Shown in pieces: positions 58,101 to 63,956 of a stretch of 63,956 nucleotides of DNA. A model generated the notes under the pieces. It was not told the origin of the DNA. It ran no database searches and saw only the letters and a program-made list of their open reading frames with translations. The stretch comes from Spirogloea muscicola. Its lineage: Eukaryota. How positions within the stretch are numbered: position 1 is the first letter of the stretch; the number at the start of each line of letters is the position of its first letter. The translations under genes and the position numbers were made by a program. The stretch spans positions 668,929-732,884 of the forward strand of contig WELB01000025.1 in assembly GCA_009602725.1 (NCBI GenBank), read 5' to 3'.

Positions 58101-60597
58101 TGCACCCAGGGAAAGACTCGCAGACAAACAATTATCGACCTTCAAACCTTCGACCAGGGAAGGAAGAAGTGGCACTCCCAATGGGGGCAAGGGCTGTGAA
58201 AAGCCAGCCCGAAAAAGAATTGACCAAGGGAAGGAAGAGTTAGTACATAAGTTGGATGCCAACAAGCATGTCCAATTGCTTGATTTAGTTTGACACATCA
58301 CAAGAGTCTTCTTACACACCCTGGCTATCTAGCATGTTAAGTGTGGAGCCAATACAAATAAGGCATGCCCGAGTTTGATGAAGACTACCTAGTAGAGGCA
58401 CAATAGACGAGGTTTTTCCCAAGTAACACACCATCAAGCTGCAGGCATTCCACTTGCCATCTGTACAATGACTTCACTCCCTTCTCTGCATAGACCTTGC
58501 ACACGTCTGGTGGCAGCCAGGCACCAAGGTCTGTATCCTCATCCTTTACAGCGGTCACTCTTGCAGCATCAACTGCACACGGACTTGGCATCGTAGATGG
58601 CACAAAATCTCCTGATTGCACAGTGTGTGCTTTCCTGTCTTTCAAGCCAAGCACCAGGGCCTGCTTGGGTGGCAGCTCTGACGTCATCGTATCCTGTACA
58701 GCTGGCTCAGCTCCTTCATTTTTCGTATGATCATGCGTGCAAGTTGGCAAGGGCTTGAGAGTAGCGGGCTGTGACTCCAAGAAAGCTTCCTTTGCTACTG
58801 TGAGGAAGGTCTGCATTCCAGTGGATGTGTATGAGCCAGCCTGAGCAGCTGCCATCTCCATGCATCTCTGATAGGGCAGTCCGGTATCAGGTTCTGAAGC
58901 AAGTGCTGGACATTCTAACTTTGTGACTTGCCCATCTGGTACGAGAAGCGAAGCTGCAGCAGAGTTTGCGCTGCTTGAAGGAGAACTTGGTCTGCTTTGC
59001 TGAATCATGTTTCTTTCACGGCCCAAAGAACTGGGATGTGACTTCACAATACAATCTGGCAAATTCTGTGTAATTGGCGCGAGCCCAGTTCTATCCGGCT
59101 GGCTGACTGCAAAACAATAGAGAGCACATGCGTGTCACCAGATGCACCAATCAATCTCTGGCATGGAAGCTCTCATTGAACATCCACATTCAATTGCACA
59201 TTTAGCTAAAGAAAGGAGCAATACTTAAGCCAGACCATGTGTGATCAGTGCATGAAGCATCATGGACAGCTTGTCGCCTGTCCTGTCTTGGCATGGCAGG
59301 CTGCTTGACTGAAACATACCTGTTTTTCTGTTGTCGAGAGTCCTGGCCCTTTCCTGCTCCATTGACCTGGTCTCTTGCTCAATCAATGCACTACTTGGTT
59401 GCTCTATACAGCAAGTGGTTGGTGGCTCTGCCACAAGGGCCTCGCACTGTAATTTGAGCTTGCCATGTGCACCCTCAACTCCTAACCTGTCTGCCAGGTG
59501 TATGCATGCCTCCCAGAAACCGTCACCAGGAGAACCGTCACCTTTTGCTTCATCAGAAGAGGGCCAGCCAGCCTCTAAGTCCACCACATTCTGATTGTTG
59601 CCATTGCATCTCCTGTCTCCCGTTGGACTCTTAGGAGCCACAAAGCATAGAGTTGAGGGTTCCTCCTTTGCCAAGATAGCACTGCCAATCCTTCTGACCT
59701 GCTATTAAAACAAACACTGATCAAAATAGCCCTGCCCGAGTAACTGACTTGCTGAGCTCAAGCGCCGTGAAAATGACAAGTCGTACATTGTGGTGGTGGA
59801 CTTGAGATTCTTATATTTTGAAGCTTGCAGTAGCTTGCTGGAAGACGATCACACCTCTTCTGCTGCCAAACCCTCTTCCAGACACTGCTTGCTGAGTATG
59901 CCTATGTTGTCATTGTTTACCAAGTCTTCTTGAGCTGCTGGTGGCCCTTGAGGATCTTTCCTGCAAGGCGGAGACAGGAAATACCTGGATGTGTCTGCTG
60001 CATTGGCTTGTCTGCCATGCCGGCTTACTCACATGCGTGCATCTAACTAACCACTTTGTATCAACAAGAGCTTGACGAGAATGCAAGTACACTCTCCATA
60101 AGCTTCAAATCTCAAATTGCTACAGGGCATGAGTTACTGGTCTTGCCTGCAATACATGCCAAGGAAGTCATTGGCGCAATCCACCAGGAGTCCCTCAACT
60201 CCCCCCTGCTCGCTCTGGCAGGTGGCCTTGTCACAGTCTGACGTCTTTTTACCGGTGCTTGTACTTCTGTCCAGTCCTCCTTCGTCTGGATGGGCCTCAG
60301 GCCTATTCGAAGCTGTGAATGTGCATGCCTTCAGCAATGGCAGTAATCTCTGCTTGACAAGGTGCTGACCCACCAGGCCAGCATCGTCAACCCCTCGCTT
60401 GAACCCTTCCCCAGGTTCACATGATTTCTGCGAGTTAATCAAGAGTCCTTTACTGCTGACTTCTGTTATATCAATGGGGGTGCTCTTATCAGCTGCCAAT
60501 AATGGGCTTCCGCTGGGCTGAGCCTTGAAGTGGACATGCTTGACTTTGTTGACGGGTTTGACAACAAGTGGCCTGATCTTCTTTGCCGCAAAGAACT
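49152..60597 (-). CDS. POLQ: DNA polymerase theta / TEBICHI (helicase plus family A polymerase); true start upstream of 60597 not resolved
   Basis: FFAAKK N-terminus, LYRWQVECL...[52 protein letters not shown] and QMAGRAGR; polymerase motifs [25 protein letters not shown] and [10 protein letters not shown]. Stop at 49152. Confidence 0.95.
51120..51472. repeat. Tandem duplication (~175 bp x2) spanning a POLQ intron-exon boundary
   Basis: 51120-51293 and 51294-51469 are near-identical, with CAT at all three boundaries. Confidence 0.95.
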
Positions 60598-61629
60598 GCA
60601 CAGGCAGACAGTATGCATCATGTTGTGCACAGCTCACAACAAGGCGATGCAATCATTATCGCGCTTTCTGAAATATGTAACACTCGGCACATCTGTACCA
60701 GCAATTGTATACAAGGGCACTCTCACTGCTTTCACTGACCTCCCGCTATTGTGACATATGAAGTCAAACCATCGGTAAGTATCGCATAATCCACCATCTG
60801 TACTAACCTTTACTACCCTGATCAAGGTCTGACTCTGGCATTCTATAGACCTTAACGATGGAGACCTTGACGAATTAAATCACTTGCTGAAACTCTCAGC
60901 AATACCGTGCGGAAAAAACAATATCATTATACCGACTTAGATATCCATTAGCCTCACCCCGTCAAGTCTCGCCACCTTCCGCTTGATTGGAACGTCTCCT
61001 GTGTGCGGTGCACTGCCCTCCATACTCTCAGCAGTGGCAAGCGCGGCCACCTCGAGAAGCCGCGCTGGACACCGTCAGCACGGCACGGCAGCCGCGGCCG
61101 CATGCTGGTCGTCAAGACCACCGAGAAGCAGCGCGTCCTCACGCTTGCAGATATGGCAGCGGTCACTGGCTCGCTGCCGGCGGCTGCCAGTGCCGCAGCC
61201 TCAGCGCCAGGCCCTAAGAGGCGATCCTCGCCTCCCGGAGCTCGCACCGGAGTCGGGGGCCTCTCCAAGCCCTGCGCGAGACGGCGGCGGGCGCTGCGGC
61301 GCCGCCGGTGGCGCCGGCGAGCGCGGCGCGCCCTGCAGCGAGCGCGCCAAGTGTCAACAGTACGCTGCAGTGGGAAAGCTCATGCAAGTTCCGAAGGGAA
61401 CCCACGACTATCGAGTCGCGCACTGATGGGAAAGCGGTCGTTAATAACGACGGGCGGCTGTCGGGACCGGCCAAGTGGCTACAATCGTGCGCCTATGGTG
61501 GTGCTCCTATCGCAACGGCCACTAGCCGTGCTGCGAAGCAGGTCAATGGCAAGACAATCACACAGCTCCGCAAGTGGTTGAGGGCTGTCGAAAGAAGGAA
61601 AGCAACAGCCACATAAAAACAACAGCGCT

Positions 61630-62620
61630 GCCAATTTGACTGGTGGCTGTGAGAGGCCAGCCCAAAAGAATCTACAAGGTCACATAATTATAACAAGGTC
61701 AAAGAAAAAGATTTCGTGTATTTGGAACAAACGAAGGCCAAATGGCCAAGTACAAAGGCACGCACATCTTAAGACCTACATAACCTACAGTAGATTGACC
61801 CGCTCAGAAACCACGGGTCGAAACATAAAGGTCGCTAACCGATGCCTGGATACTAGATGGCAGATACGAAGCCCTTCTGCTACCAACTAGAGCTCGCCCA
61901 GCTTTCTGGTGCAAAGCATTAGCCTGAGCACGCTGCAAACAGGCCGAAACTCGTTGTCGCAACAACGACAGATAAGCAGCTGGCAAGCCCATCTCAGCCG
62001 GGAACACATCTGCATGTCGTGTGTAGCCTAGATTGGCTATGTTTTGAAGGAGAGGAAGGAAACAAGGACCTAAGCAGCCAAAGATGTCGATTGCTGCTGG
62101 CAAGAGCTGATCACATCGGGGGTAATCGGAGTAGTGCTGCAACTTTCTTTGCTCAGCACTGCCCACTGCGTGGCCAGCGATGTGTGTCGATGCTGGACCT
62201 TTATATGCCCTTTATAGGAAAAAGGGGCCGAGGGCTGTTAAAAGACAGTCCAGAGGATAGTGAACAGAAGAAAGAGCCCCTTCTCTTTTGCAGCAGCTCT
62301 TGAGTGTAAAGGGAAAGAGGGAAAGGTGCGCGATGCTCATGTAACTAAATGTAAAGCCATCCAACAAGCTAAGCTAAGGAGCCAGAGCACCACCATGCAA
62401 GCCATTAGCCTGGCCTAATGGGCGCCCAGCACGCTGGTGTATCGCAAATGCCTGGGAGCGCTGCAGCCTCAACGAAAGCTGCAATCTACAGCAAGCTTGC
62501 AGGACGCTAGAATGCCCTAAGCTACCCGTCCAACCACGATCACGGCGGGCATCGACAAGCTGTGCCAGGCGATGGAGGAGGGAAGACCACTCTGTACCAT
62601 AGCCGCCATACATATCCATG
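61630..62620 (-). mobile_element. Two head-to-tail 3' fragments of a CRE/RLE-type LINE
   Basis: ORF 61804-62166 (AEQRKLQHY...PAAIDIFGCLG...RQRVSACLQRAQANALH) and ORF 62374-62619 (MDMYGGYG...RLQLSLRLQRSQAFAIH) match the C-terminus of restriction-like-endonuclease LINEs (KxxxY, PhxhE/DxxG, SxxLQRxxA). Each is followed by the stem-loop 3' UTR. Confidence 0.75.
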
Positions 62621-63759
62621 GCGCACGGGAAGAAGTAGGCTCACGAGGTAAAAACCACAAGGCCACACGCCCACCTCTATGTGGGGCACCCCCCCAGTGA
62701 CTGTAAATCTAGTAGTGTCAGTCAGCCACATTGCCTTGACCCCTCTTAGCAGGGTTTGCACGCAGTAGTATTCACTTAATCTCGTATTTTCGCTTACAAA
62801 TGAACTGCATAATGTGATCCGCTTAATTCCTGCAGCTATGGCAACCGCGTGACCAGCCTTACTGGCCGCTAGACTGAGTTGCTGCGGTCAGAATGTAAGT
62901 CCACTAGTAACGCATCAGTGAGATGTGCCGGCCACTGCCAGGCCTTAAGCCAACCAAGATCGCCTTGCCGTTTCAAGTGAGCTAGAGCTTGAATCCAATG
63001 AGCATAGTTCTGTCTCCTTGTCCATTAGTTTCTGGCTGGCCTTTCATAGCATCCGCCTGCTTCGAATGAGCTTACTTTCTCTGAATGACATCTGGATGGA
63101 GCCTATTTCCTTGACTTCGCAGGCACTGCCCTTAGACGTCCTGCTGCTAGTCAATCTGCTACTGATGATCAGGTTACTAGAATCTTCGTGGTCTCTCTGT
63201 TCTCTTCAGATTGACGCCGTCAGGCCGGGAAAGCGCATCGTAGCTGGGCAAGGGTGTGAGAAGCGCGCTCCGCGAAACGGGCGCCGAAGCTGGGAGGCAA
63301 CGCGAGACGCGCAGCAGACGCTTGCGCCCGTTCTGGAAGGCGCACCGAAAGGGGCGGTGGCATGTGAAAACCCAGCCCAGGAAAGTCGGACGAAGTTCTG
63401 TCAAGGTGCCGTGGGGTAATGGTCTTTGTATCGATTTGTATTAAACAGACAAACCGGATTTTGCAACCCCTACACTCGGCCCGTGTGGACCGGGCCCGGT
63501 CCAAAGGAACAACCTCGGTGCGAGAAACGGTGTATTTGGTGGTGGTGAACGCGTACCGAGCAGACGGACCGAAACGGCGCCACCGACCCCCAGTCTGGAC
63601 CGGCCCGGTCGTATTGGCAGCCCACTGGGAACCGGGAACGCGTAAGTGGCAGTCGTCGGCCATCCCCCGACAGGTGCCAGGGTTAATCTACGAGTGCCGG
63701 GCGCCCGACAAGCCCGACAACCCCGAGCGTTGCTCAATGGCAATAATGGGCCGGGAGGC

Positions 63760-63956
63760 GGCAACCGCCCAAACTCCCCGTCTGGGATTGCCGCTTCCGG
63801 CCCATTGGCATTGGCCGCTTTGGCCCATCTACCGCTTACGACACGCCACTCCCCAACTCCCATAACCCCAAAGCCCCCCCTCCCGGCTCCTACACCGCCC
63901 GCCCCGCCGAGCCAGGCGCCGCACCGCCCGCCGCCGCCGCCGCCGCCGCCGCCGCC
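63760..63956 (+). promoter_or_regulatory. Probable GC-rich promoter/5' UTR of a gene beyond the window
   Basis: GGCCCA (site II-like) and ATTGG (reverse CCAAT) motifs followed by (GCC)n, like the 5' ends of other genes in this window. Confidence 0.35.

Noticed and set aside
60954..61616. GC-rich ORFs upstream of POLQ
   Set aside because: No recognisable protein; probably the POLQ promoter, 5' UTR or an unresolved first exon.
63419..63865. 148-aa plus-strand ORF near the window end
   Set aside because: No recognisable motif or splice support; lies in promoter-like, repeat-containing DNA.

Overview
Eukaryotic, GC-rich, intron-rich nuclear DNA. Gene content (PIN, SPIKE1-type DOCK GEF, TEBICHI/POLQ, plant-type ferritin, KOC1-like protein, GT71-like mannosyltransferase) suggests a streptophyte alga or other early-diverging green plant; this is inference only. 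About 13 protein-coding genes can be reconstructed by eye: a GT71-like mannosyltransferase with a Cys-rich C-terminal domain, a THUMP protein, a conserved green-plant membrane protein followed 10 nt later by an intronless AAA_33 P-loop kinase, a GBP/atlastin-like GTPase, ELP4, a kinase-less KOC1-like HERC2/SH3 membrane protein, ferritin, SPK1-like DOCK, LTV1, RPLP0, PIN and POLQ. Four N-gaps hide the 5' ends of several genes. Intergenic DNA holds stacked 3' fragments of a CRE/RLE-type LINE that share a conserved stem-loop, plus microsatellites, a 35-bp minisatellite and telomere-like repeats. Most notable: (1) a candidate bicistronic locus at 4556-6578; (2) head-to-tail same-orientation LINE 3'-end arrays suggesting self-targeted insertion; (3) a ferritin with an apparently disabled ferroxidase centre; (4) a microhomology-flanked tandem duplication in POLQ that creates a potential in-frame cassette exon. 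All protein assignments come from recalled family motifs, not database searches.
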